A stretch of DNA of 64,000 nucleotides from Microthrixaceae bacterium. Lineage in GTDB: Bacteria; Actinomycetota; Acidimicrobiia; Acidimicrobiales; Poriferisodalaceae. Below are positions 1 through 10,904 of this stretch, piece after piece. The notes under the pieces were generated by a model. That model saw only the letters and a list, made by a program, of their open reading frames with translations. It did no database searches and was not told the origin of the DNA. Each line of letters begins with the position of its first letter. Position 1 is the first letter of the stretch. The DNA is taken from positions 96,834 to 160,833 of the forward strand of contig WTFX01000026.1 in NCBI GenBank assembly GCA_011523825.1. The letters are read 5' to 3'. The position numbers and the translations under genes were made by a program.

Positions 1-430
1 CCCCGGTCGCCGGATCCGTCACTGGCAACGGTGCCGCAGCGCCGGCGGACGCCCGCTGGCCGTCGAGTTCCACGATGACCTCCACCTGCACCGTGCCATC
101 ACTGACGCGAAGCTCGAACGAGGCCAACTCCCCGCCGGCGTCGAGGGCCACGGCCGACGCGGTTGCGTCATCTGGGAGCGTGCCGTGTGCGATCGCGCCG
201 CCATCGGCGGCAACGAGTGTTGCCAGCGCTGCGGCATCCGCGGCGGCTTGGGCCCGTGAGCTCGCCACCGCGGCCTGACCCCACCGAGCCACCAGGCCAA
301 TGCTGACGAGCAGTGCAAGCGCCAGCAACGCCACCGGCAGCGCCGCCTGCCCGTCCTGATACCGTGTGCACGTGGAGCCGGAGGGACTTGAACCCTCGAC
401 GTAGGGTGGCAAGCCGTGACGCCCTGGCAC
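1..430 (-). CDS. Partial CDS (runs off the left edge): hypothetical membrane-anchored protein
   Basis: Hand translation of the minus strand gives ...QDGQAALPVALLALALLVSIGLVARWGQAAVASSRAQ...VSDGTVQVEVIVELDGQRASAG..., with strong GC3 bias and one hydrophobic helix. It is absent from the ORF track because it has no stop in the window. The start is unresolved (in-frame GTG 430, TTG 412 or GTG 334). Confidence 0.35.
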   Translation of the reverse strand, partial: MPGRHGLPPYVEGSSPSGSTCTRYQDGQAALPVALLALALLVSIGLVARWGQAAVASSRAQAAADAAALATLVAADGGAIAHGTLPDDATASAVALDAGGELASFELRVSDGTVQVEVIVELDGQRASAGAAAPLPVTDPATG

Positions 431-444
431 CTGCCAGCGGCCCC
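373..444 (-). ncRNA. tRNA-Ala-like element with a non-canonical core
   Basis: The minus strand reads GGGGCCG CTGGCAGGTGCCAG GGCGTCACGGCTTGCCACCCTACGTC GAGGG-TTCAAGT-CCCTC CGGCTCC A. It has a 7-bp acceptor stem with G3:U70 and A73 and a perfect T arm. The D and anticodon arms do not fit the canonical model, and no CCA is encoded. Confidence 0.3.
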
Positions 445-454
445 ACAGAAACTC

Positions 455-492
455 GACAGAGCCTCGGCCTCTTCGGAAGCCGGGGCTCTGTC
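455..492 (-). terminator. Hairpin downstream of the gyrA stop (candidate intrinsic terminator)
   Basis: The minus strand reads GACAGAGCCCCGGCTTC-CGAA-GAGGCCGAGGCTCTGTC, a long GC-rich stem with a tetraloop, followed by GAGTTTCTGT. It begins about 20 nt after the gyrA TAG (515-517). Confidence 0.45.
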
Positions 493-514
493 TCGTCGTG
501 GGCATCGGCCGAAG

Positions 515-3112
515 CTATGCCGTCGAGCTCACCTCGCCCGCAGGGTTTTCGCGGGGCTCGCTGCCGGAATTGTCGTGCTCTGGAATGTCCGGAAGCTCCA
601 CCAGCGCGATGGCCACGACCGCCTCGTCGTCGTCAAGCGCCATCGCCCTCACACCTCCAGCTTTACGACTGCGAAGCCACATGTCCGAGACTCGTGTTCT
701 GATGAGGACTCCACCAGATGAAGCCAATATCACTTCGTCTTGCTCGTCAACGAGAAGCGCACCAACGATTTGGGCACCGCCCAGCTTCATGCTCCTCAAG
801 CCAAGCCCGGCCCTCTTTTGGACGGTGAACGAATCGATAGGGGTTCTCTTTGCTGTCCCTCTTGAGGAGACCAGCAGTAGATCCCGAGGATCGTCATCAG
901 ATACAACGTCAGCTGCCGCAACGACGTCTCCCTCGCGTAGTGCGATCGCTCGCGCCCCTGCAGCGGTACGACTCAATGGCCGGATTTCGCGCTCAGCAAA
1001 CCGAATGACGTTGCCTAAGCGAGACACAACGAGCACATCGTTGGCCCCCGAAGTCTCGAGCACCCTCACCAGCTCGTCCCCGTCTCGCAGGTTCAGCGCA
1101 ATCAGGCCGTTAGATCGGATGTTCTCGTACTGACTCAGCGACGTCTTCTTGGCGAGCCCGTTGCGGGTCACGAACATCAAGTACCGGTCCGCCGGAAATT
1201 CTCGCGCTTCCACCACGGCCTCGACGCGTTCGTCGGCCTCGAGTTGCAGCAGGTTCACCAGCGCCGTGCCCCGGGCTGTGCGGTTAGTGAGGGGTACCTC
1301 GTAGGCCTTCAACCGGTGCACCCGGCCGCGGTTGGTGAAACACAGCAGCCAAGCATGCGCTGTGGTCAGCAGGACGCGGACCACGACATCGTCGTCCTTC
1401 AGCCGCGCACCCTGCACGCCGCGGCCGCCCCGTCCCTGGGTGCGGAACATGTCCGGCGACGTCGCCTTCACGTACCCCTCACGCGTCAGCGTCACCACCA
1501 ACGGCTCGTCCTCGATGAGATCCTCTGCGTCCATCTCGCCGGGATCGGTGACGATCTCGGTGCGGCGGGGCGTGTGATGCTCGTCGCGCAAAGCGCTCAG
1601 CTCGTCGATGATCACCTGCCGCAGCCGCTCGTCCGAGCCCAAAATCGCTTCAAGCCCAGCAATCGTCTCGGTCAACTCGGCCAGCTCGGCGCTCAGCCGT
1701 GTGCGGCCCAGCCGGGTCAGGCGGCTCAGCTGCATGTCCAGAATGTGATTGGCCTGCTCGGCGCTGAACAACATTGGCTCGTCGCAGAGCGCCGCGAGTG
1801 CCGCGGCCCGATCGTCGCTGGCGCGTATCAGGGCAATGATCTCGTCGATCAGGTCGAGCGCGCGCAGCAGGCCCTCCACGATGTGCGCTCTCGCCCGGGC
1901 TTCGTCCAGCCGGTGCTGGCTGCGCCGGGTGACCACCTCGATCTGATGGTCGACATACGCGACCAAGGCATCCCTGAGATTCAGCGTGCGCGGCACCCCG
2001 TCGACCAGCGCCACCATGTTCACGGCAAAGCTGGACTGCAGCGGCGTGTGCTTCCACAGGTTGTTCAGCACCACGTTTGCTGGCGCCGACGGTCGCAGCT
2101 CGATGACGAACCGCATCTCACCCCGTGCGGACTCGTTACGCAGCGCAGTGATGCCCTCGATGACCTTGCGATTCACCGCATCGGCAATCTTGCGCTCGAT
2201 GTTCTCGATCGAGGTCTGGTACGGGATCTCGGTGACCACGATGCTTGGCCGTTTGCCGTTCTCGATGATCTCGGCTCGGGCCCGCAGCTTCACTGAGCCG
2301 CGTCCGGTTGCCATGGCTTCACGGGCGCCAGCCCGACCGAGCATCCGCCCGCCAGTCGGGAAGTCGGGCCCGTGCACGAACTCCATCAATTCCTCAACGG
2401 AGGCCTCGGGACTCCCGATGAGGTGAATCGTGGCGTCGATGATCTCGCCGAGGTTGTGCGTGGGGATGTTGGTGGCCATGCCCACCGCGATGCCTTGGCT
2501 GCCATTGACGAGCAGGTTCGGGAACCGCGACGGCATCACCAGCGGCTCGGTGCGGGAGCCGTCGAAGTTCGCAGCGAAGTCCACCGTCTGCTCATCGATG
2601 CTCTCGGCCATGGTCATGGCCAGGTCGGTCAGGCGGCACTCGGTATAGCGGTAGGCAGCAGGCGGGTCCGACGGCGAGCCGAAGTTGCCATGCGGATCGA
2701 TCAAGGTGTTGGCCAAGCTGAACGACTGACCCATCCGCACGAGCGCGTCGTAGATCGAACCGTCGCCGTGCGGGTGGTAGTTAGCAATGACATCGCCGAC
2801 CACCGTGGCGCATTTCTTGTGGGGCCGGTCCGGCCGCAGACCGGTGTCGAACATCGACCACAGGATCCGGCGGTGCACCGGCTTCAGGCCGTCACGCGCA
2901 TCGGGCAGCGCCCGCGAGGTGATGACCGACATGGCGTAATCCAGGAACGACTGCTCCATCTCGGTTTGGATCTCGACGTCCACCACGCCGATGGTGCCGC
3001 CTGCAAGCGAGTCGGCACTGCCGATGGTGCCGCCTGCAAGCGAGTCGGCACTGCCGATGGCGCCGCTCTCGTCAGGCGAGCCAGGGCTGGTGTCGGGTTC
3101 GTCGTCGCTCAT
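515..3112 (-). CDS. gyrA: DNA gyrase subunit A
   Basis: The ORF 515..3475 contains ...[35 protein letters not shown]...ANYHPHGD.... The first 121 codons overlap gyrB, so the start is placed at ATG 3112 (MSDDEPDTS...), 34 nt after the gyrB stop. Confidence 0.95.
2991..3066. repeat. 33-bp perfect tandem duplication (plus a partial third unit) inside the gyrA 5' end
   Basis: ATGGTGCCGCCTGCAAGCGAGTCGGCACTGCCG occurs at 2991-3023 and again at 3024-3056, followed by ATGGCGCCGC. It encodes [11 protein letters not shown] twice in the N-terminal extension. Confidence 0.9.
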
Positions 3113-3146
3113 AGCGCTCCCAGCCGGATCCGTCTGCTTGCCACGA

Positions 3147-5165
<2,019 letters not shown>

Positions 5166-5228
5166 CTACCGGACGGGGGCCGATTCTCGGTGAAGGAGCA
5201 ACCGAATCGGTACCAGTAAACCCGCAGG

Positions 5229-5567
5229 TCAGAGACGTTTTTTGTGGCCAGCGCCAGGATGGACGCGGAGGTGCAGCTCAGAGATCGTGGCCGCTCCCGA
5301 ATCGGCGTTCAGTGCGGCCAGAATCCGGCTCGAGTGGTAGCGCAATTCGGTCGCCCAGGCGGGATCGTCGACAACGACGGTCAACCGGCCAGCTTCGAGC
5401 CTTTCGGGCTGCGCGTGGATCGCGATGGCCTCGCCGACGGCCTCGGCCCAGCGCTCGTTGAGGTCGATCGCGCGGCCCCGCGAACCGAATCCGGCAGTGA
5501 CTGCCTTGAGCGAATCGCCGATCGACCGCGGCTCGCGGCCGCCTGTTGCGCGACGGCGTCTCCTCAT
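5229..5567 (-). CDS. DUF721 / DciA-like protein (the recF-gyrB spacer gene, Rv0004-type)
   Basis: The position between recF and gyrB is the conserved actinobacterial one. The sequence is MRRRRRATGGREPRSIGDSLKAV...RLTVVVDDPAWATELRYHS.... Its ATG (5567-5565) overlaps the recF TGA (5566-5564) as ATGA. Confidence 0.7.
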   Translation of the reverse strand: MRRRRRATGGREPRSIGDSLKAVTAGFGSRGRAIDLNERWAEAVGEAIAIHAQPERLEAGRLTVVVDDPAWATELRYHSSRILAALNADSGAATISELHLRVHPGAGHKKRL

Positions 5568-6646
5568 CTTGAGATCACCTCGCCGTCGTGAATCTGGACT
5601 TGGCTGTGGGCTTCGATTCCGGAGGGAACGTGACCGGTGGCCGAGGTGACCACAGTCTGCGCGGCAGGCAGGCAATCGACGAGACGTCGGGCCCGGCCTT
5701 CGTCAAGTTCAGAGAACACATCGTCCAGCAGCACGATCGGCTCGATCCCGCTGGTCTGCGCGCTGTACCGATGCTGGGCCAGCCGCAGCGCCAAGGCGAT
5801 GCTGCGCTGCTCCCCTTGCGAGGCGTGAGTGCGTGCCGGCAGGCCGTCCAGGCAGATCGTCATGTCGTCGCGGTGCGGGCCCACGGTGGTAGTGCCGCGT
5901 CGCAAGTCGTCTGTGCGGGCCTGCGCCAGTGAGATTGCAAGGCCGCGGTCGCGCCACTCGGCCGCATAGGACAGTCCCAGACTCGCATCGCATCCGGCGA
6001 GCTGGCAATACGCGTCCTGGGCCGGAGAGGCCAACGCGGTGCACAGCGCGTCGCGTCGTTGCGCGATGGTCTCGCCGATGTCCGCGAGCTGCGCATCCCA
6101 GACATCGAGCGTCGCGATGGCCTCGTCGTCGGCACGATGACCGGTCTGCTTCAGGAGGTTGTTGCGCTGTCGCAGCACTCGCTCGAAATCGAGCCGCATT
6201 GCCCGGTACTCACGGTCAGTACTGATCAGCACATTGTCGAGCAGCTCGCGCCGCACCGACGGTCCACCCGCCGCGATTGACAGGTCGGCCGGGCAGAACA
6301 CCACTGTGCTGACCACATCGGCGAGGTCGCGCAATGACCGGACCTTCTGCCCGTTCACCTGCGCCCGTGATCTGCCGGCCGCTGCGATCTCCATTTCCAC
6401 CAGGCGCGTCCGGCGCTCTCGCCGGATCTCGGCACGCACGAAGGCCCGATCGCAGCCGGTACGCACCAGTGTCTCCGCACTCGCCCCGCGGAACGAACCC
6501 GAGCCGTTCAGCAGCGCGACGGCTTCCAGCAGATTGGTTTTGCCGTGTCCGTTGGGCCCGACTACGAGCGTGCGTTCTGCGTCGAGCGCCAGCTTGGTGG
6601 ACCGGTGGTTCCGGAAATTCTCGATGCTCAGCCAAGCAATGATCAC
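5564..6646 (-). CDS. recF: DNA replication and repair protein RecF
   Basis: Contains SIENFRNHRST...VVGPNGHGKTNLLEAV (Walker A) and LLLDDVFSELD (Walker B-like). The GTG start overlaps the dnaN TGA as GTGA. Confidence 0.93.
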   Translation of the reverse strand: MIIAWLSIENFRNHRSTKLALDAERTLVVGPNGHGKTNLLEAVALLNGSGSFRGASAETLVRTGCDRAFVRAEIRRERRTRLVEMEIAAAGRSRAQVNGQKVRSLRDLADVVSTVVFCPADLSIAAGGPSVRRELLDNVLISTDREYRAMRLDFERVLRQRNNLLKQTGHRADDEAIATLDVWDAQLADIGETIAQRRDALCTALASPAQDAYCQLAGCDASLGLSYAAEWRDRGLAISLAQARTDDLRRGTTTVGPHRDDMTICLDGLPARTHASQGEQRSIALALRLAQHRYSAQTSGIEPIVLLDDVFSELDEGRARRLVDCLPAAQTVVTSATGHVPSGIEAHSQVQIHDGEVISR

Positions 6647-7752
6647 GACACCCGAACGGGCATCAGCAGATACAGGAATTCACCTTGCCCGGGCGTCCGC
6701 AGCACAGCTGGCTTCAGGGCGTCCAGACGCACCAGCTCGACAGTGTCGCCGCCAGCCGCGTCGAGCCCTTCGATGAGGTAGTCGGGATTGAAGGCAACAG
6801 TGGTCGGCTCTCCCTCGTAGCTGGCATCAACTTCCTCGCTCGCGCTGCCGACATCTTGACTGATGACCGTCAGTTCGATGCTGTCAGGACGCAGCTCCAT
6901 TCGCAGCGGCGCATTGGTGTCACGGGCCAGCAGGCGCAGCCGGCGTGCTCCGTCGAGCAACGAGGCTCGGTCTACCTCCAGCCGATTGTCGTGAGAATCA
7001 GGAATCAATGGCTCGTAGCTGGGGAAGTCACCCGCGATGAGACGGCACGTCACCTGGGCCGATTGAGCATCGTCGCTGACCTCGAAGGAGACCTCCCGTT
7101 CTCCCAGCCGCATGGTCACGTCCTTGCTGGAATCGAGGATCCGACCCAGTTCCTCCAGAGCCCGGGACGGTACGAGTACTTGCTGTCCCGGGTCGAGCAC
7201 CTGTGCCTCGGGCAGATCCCGCAGGGCGAGCCGGTACGAGTCGGTCGCCACCAGCCGCAATCCGTCACCGCGGGCCGCCATGAGCACACCGGTCAGGATC
7301 GGCCGGGCATCATCCGAACTTGCTGCTCGGACCACTTGGCGAAAGGCCTGTGCCAAGTCGCCCGCGGGCACGGTGACGTCGTCTCCCGCCGGCTGCGGAA
7401 GGGTGGGGAAATCGGCGGTCGGCAGCGTCCGAACGGAGAACTGCGCTCTCGCGCTGGTGATCTGGACTTCGTCATCGTGAACCTGAAGATCCACTTCGCC
7501 CGGAGGCAACGCTCGAGCGATGTCGGTCAGCAGCCGGGCCGGCACCACGGTTTCGCCTTCCGTCTCTACTGCCGTGCGCAGCTGCGTGCGAACAGTGAGA
7601 TCGAGGTCGGTGCCCGTGACCGTCAGCCCTTCGCTGTCGGCTCGCAGGTGCAGTCCAGTCAGCACGAACAAGCCGCCCCCGCGCACATTGACCCCCCGGC
7701 TCGCCAAAGTCAGCTGGTCGACCAGTGCATCTCGTTCAATGCGCAATTTCAC
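6643..7752 (-). CDS. dnaN: DNA polymerase III beta sliding clamp
   Basis: Begins VKLRIERDALVDQLTLASRGV...LTGLHLRADSEGLTVTGTDLDL.... The start is set at GTG 7752, which is preceded by AAGGAG and an 8-nt spacer. The ORF-track start at 7776 is probably over-extended. Confidence 0.93.
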   Translation of the reverse strand: MKLRIERDALVDQLTLASRGVNVRGGGLFVLTGLHLRADSEGLTVTGTDLDLTVRTQLRTAVETEGETVVPARLLTDIARALPPGEVDLQVHDDEVQITSARAQFSVRTLPTADFPTLPQPAGDDVTVPAGDLAQAFRQVVRAASSDDARPILTGVLMAARGDGLRLVATDSYRLALRDLPEAQVLDPGQQVLVPSRALEELGRILDSSKDVTMRLGEREVSFEVSDDAQSAQVTCRLIAGDFPSYEPLIPDSHDNRLEVDRASLLDGARRLRLLARDTNAPLRMELRPDSIELTVISQDVGSASEEVDASYEGEPTTVAFNPDYLIEGLDAAGGDTVELVRLDALKPAVLRTPGQGEFLYLLMPVRVS

Positions 7753-8076
7753 GGGCAGTTCTCCTTGGCCGTGCAAGACTGATGAGACAGATCATCCTCA
7801 ATGAGAAGGTTGAGACTTATTAGGTAGTGGTTGTAGGGGCTGTGAATTGTGGATGACCGGCCGTTGTCGCAGATCAGCGCAACGCGGTCTGTCAACAGTC
7901 TTGCCTGCGCGTCCACAGTTGCACCCTTCCTTTTCTTGCATGGCCGGCGCGACCGTGGAAAAGCACGACTTTTCCCGAGGTTTGTCGAGAACTTTTCCAC
8001 TCATTGTCCACAGCGTGTGGAGACACCCTAGATCCACTCACCGGCCTCGCAGCGGACAGCATTCGGCGGGTCAGCC
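7753..8076. other. Chromosomal replication origin (oriC) in the dnaA-dnaN spacer
   Basis: DnaA boxes, scored against the actinobacterial consensus TTGTCCACA:
- perfect TTGTCCACA at 8004-8012;
- TGTGGATGA at 7848-7856 (reverse);
- GCGTCCACA at 7909-7917;
- CGTGGAAAA at 7954-7962 (reverse);
- TTTTCCACT at 7993-8001;
- TGTGGAGAC at 8016-8024 (reverse).

An AT-rich stretch lies at about 7801-7847. Confidence 0.85.
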
Positions 8077-9747
8077 TCAAGCAGCCCGAACGCGCGCTAT
8101 CAGTTGAGCGACCTGGTCGTACACCTTGCGTTCAGCAGGCAGCAGGCTGTTGATCTTCTTGACGGCATGCATGACGGTCGTGTGATCTCGCCCGCCGAAG
8201 ACGCTGGCAATCGCCGGGTAACTCAAGTCGGTGAGCTCCCGCATGACATACATGCTGATCTGGCGCGCGTTGACCAGGCCTTGCTGACGGCGCTGGCTGG
8301 TGAGCTCACCCACGTCGTAGCCGAACATGTCTGCGGTCATGTTCAGAATCCGGTCGGTGGTGATCGGCGTCTCCTGCGGCTCACGGACATCGCTCAGGAT
8401 CTGCTGCGCCATCTCCAGCGTGACAGGACTCCTGGTGAGGCTGGCATACGCCGTGACGCGCACCAGTGCGCCCTCGAGTTCGCGGATGTTGTTCGTGATG
8501 AGATGCGCGATGTGCTCGAGCACTTCATCGGGCACATGGCCGTGCTCGGTCTTCTTCCGCAAGATGGCCACTCGGGTCTCGAGATCAGGCGGTTGGATAT
8601 CGGTGATCAGGCCCCATTCGAATCGGCTGCGCAGGCGATCCGACAGAGTGGAGATGCTGCGAGGCGGGCGGTCGGAAGAGATCACGATCTGGCGACCGGC
8701 GACATGCAACGAGTTGAACGTGTGGAACAGCTCCTCCTGCAGGCCTTCCTTGCCCTCCATGAACTGGATGTCATCGAGCAGCAGCACATCGAGTTCGCGG
8801 TAGCGCCTCTTGAACGCCGGCGTCGTGTTCGTGCGGATGGCTTCGATGAACTCTGACAGAAAGGTCTCCGTAGAGACGTACCGGACACGATGCCCCGGCA
8901 GGGTGGTGCCGAGGAAGTTCACAATGGCCTGCAGCAGATGGGTCTTGCCGAGGCCGGTGCCGCCGTGAATGAACAGGGGGTTGTAGGCAATGCCGGGGGT
9001 CTCGGCAACCGCAAGTGCCGCCGCTTGCGCGAACCGGTTGCTGCTGCCAGTGACGAAACTCTCGAAGGTGTACCGGGGATTGGTGATGTCAACGCCCGGC
9101 ACTCTGCGTGGCGTTGCGCTGGCATCTGGTGCCGGCGCCTCTGTGACGGCGTTCTCGATTCCAGCTGGCGGGTGGGCGGAACCGGTCGCGGGGTGCCAGG
9201 TCTCGTCGTCGCCTGGGCTCGAAGCATCACCTTCGGGCGAGGCGTCCACGTCGTGCGGATGCGCATCTGCGCCATTGGCGCTGTCCAGGTCGCCAAGCTC
9301 GGGGCGGGTCTCGATCTCGTAGGTCTGGGGGCGAACTGGCAGCCGCTCGAACGCGGCGTGGAGCATGGGGATGTACCGCCGCTGGATGCGATCGCGGATC
9401 ATGTTGTTCGGCGCGATCAATACGGCCAGCTCGCTGTCGATGTGCAACGCCTGCAGGTGACGGAAATAGCCCAGCCAGAGCGCGTCAGACACTGTGGCCC
9501 GCAGAATGTCGCTGCACTGCGACCACAGCTCGTCGGTGTTCGCGCGGGCGCCCTCGGGCAGAGCAGGTGACGATGACTCTGGTGATGGCGATGGTGTCGA
9601 TCGGGACTCCGGCGATTGGGAGATGTGGTGGCGATCCTCAGGTTCATGTGCTGCGGCACCTGCCTGCGGAGAACTCACCACGACAACCTCGTTCGCCTCT
9701 GTCCGTCGTGTGGCCGCGGAACCTGTTGTTCGCCTGCGAGCCACCAA
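8077..9747 (-). CDS. dnaA: Chromosomal replication initiator DnaA
   Basis: Contains NPLFIHGGTGLGKTHLLQAI (Walker A), LLLDDIQF, and the C-terminal DNA-binding region HTTVMHAVKKI. The N-terminal start is uncertain: TTG at 9747 is the longest option, and an in-frame GTG lies around 9681-9684 after GAGG. Confidence 0.93.
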   Translation of the reverse strand: MVARRRTTGSAATRRTEANEVVVVSSPQAGAAAHEPEDRHHISQSPESRSTPSPSPESSSPALPEGARANTDELWSQCSDILRATVSDALWLGYFRHLQALHIDSELAVLIAPNNMIRDRIQRRYIPMLHAAFERLPVRPQTYEIETRPELGDLDSANGADAHPHDVDASPEGDASSPGDDETWHPATGSAHPPAGIENAVTEAPAPDASATPRRVPGVDITNPRYTFESFVTGSSNRFAQAAALAVAETPGIAYNPLFIHGGTGLGKTHLLQAIVNFLGTTLPGHRVRYVSTETFLSEFIEAIRTNTTPAFKRRYRELDVLLLDDIQFMEGKEGLQEELFHTFNSLHVAGRQIVISSDRPPRSISTLSDRLRSRFEWGLITDIQPPDLETRVAILRKKTEHGHVPDEVLEHIAHLITNNIRELEGALVRVTAYASLTRSPVTLEMAQQILSDVREPQETPITTDRILNMTADMFGYDVGELTSQRRQQGLVNARQISMYVMRELTDLSYPAIASVFGGRDHTTVMHAVKKINSLLPAERKVYDQVAQLIARVRAA

Positions 9748-10144
9748 GCGGCATCCGGTGGTCGGAACCTATGGCCGCGCTGTCACTGCTGCAAGCGCGT
9801 CTTTGCGCGCCTGTGCAGTGCTGTAGTTGACGGGAACGCAACAGTGCAGCAACAGACCCAGAACGCCCGCAAAACAAGCGGAGGACAGGGAAGTTTGCTG
9901 CTCCGGCGACAAGCGTCGTGGTCGATGTCAGGCACCCGCGACACGGCTCTGTGCGCCGGCGCCGCGCGTCATCGCGCGCGCCGTCGGGGCTACGACGTCG
10001 CCTCCCGGCTCGCCTCGACGCGCATCGGAGGGGATCAGCACCCGTAGGCTGTCAGTGCTCTCGGGTCGACACCCGGGCACGCTCCGGCCGCCGCACCGCA
10101 TTTCGCGGACCTGCCCGCGGCCTGAACCTCCAGGAGGCTGCAGC

Positions 10145-10279
10145 GTGAAGCGCACGTACCAACCCCATAACCGCAGGCGAGCCCGCCGCCACGGCTTCCG
10201 CCATCGCATGTCCACCCGTGCGGGCCGGGCAATCGTGAACGCTCGCCGACGCAAGGGCCGGCAACGGCTGAGCGCCTGA
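10145..10279 (+). CDS. rpmH: 50S ribosomal protein L34
   Basis: Reads [44 protein letters not shown]. The GTG is preceded by AGGAGG. Only the last 44 codons of track ORF 9827..10279 belong to this gene. Confidence 0.93.
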
Positions 10280-10623
10280 TCGATTCGTGCCGCAGCAGGG
10301 CCGACTTCGCCGCACTGCGCCGCGGTCGTCGATTCGACAGCGAGCTGCTGTGGATGACCTTCGCGGCCGACCGCGGTCTGAGCGGGCCGCGCGTGGCGTT
10401 TGCGCTCAACCGACACCGGGGTACTGCAGTGGTGCGCAATCGGCTTCGCCGACGTCTGAGGGCGCTGTTTCGCGAACTCGCAACCGATCTGGCGCCCGGC
10501 CGCTATCTCGTCGGCGTGCGCGTGGCAGCGTCGGCGCTGACCTACCGGCGGACTCGGGCCGAATTGACGCGATTGCTGTCAGCCGCCGGAGCCCTGAGCA
10601 ACTCAGACAGCAGCCGACCGTGA
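10276..10623 (+). CDS. rnpA: RNase P protein component
   Basis: Contains the RNR-type motif [12 protein letters not shown]. The conserved N-terminal part (...[19 protein letters not shown]) lies upstream of the first ATG (10354). No ATG, GTG or TTG occurs in frame back to the stop at 10168, so the start is placed at CTG 10276, which overlaps the rpmH TGA (CTGA). That start is uncertain. Confidence 0.8.
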
Positions 10624-10904
10624 CATCGGGGCTGCTCGCTCGGGCGCTGATCGCCGCGGTCAAGCTGTATCGCACACTCCCCCGCTCGCGACTGCCGTCA
10701 TGCCGCTTCGATCCGACGTGCTCGCAGTACGCGCTCGACGCCCTGCGCACCTGGGGTGCGGCACGCGGCGGCTGGCTGGCACTCCGGCGCATTTGCCGTT
10801 GCCATCCCTGGGGCGGCTGGGGCTACGACCCGGTGCCGGAGGCGGGTGATCGGGCGCTTCGAGATCATCGTGCGCCTGCCGCGACTGGACTGCTGGAGCA
10901 CTGA
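10620..10904 (+). CDS. yidD: Membrane protein insertion efficiency factor YidD
   Basis: Contains [37 protein letters not shown]...[13 protein letters not shown]. The GTG start overlaps the rnpA TGA (GTGA). Confidence 0.85.

Noticed and set aside
373-444. Calling this element a bona fide tRNA-Ala gene.
   Set aside because: The acceptor and T arms fit, but no 7-nt anticodon loop on a 5-bp stem and no normal D arm can be drawn. I report it only as tRNA-like.
10287-10904. A 205-aa ORF spanning rnpA and yidD as one gene.
   Set aside because: Only the last ~94 codons (from GTG 10620) give the YidD signature. The upstream part is rnpA read out of frame.
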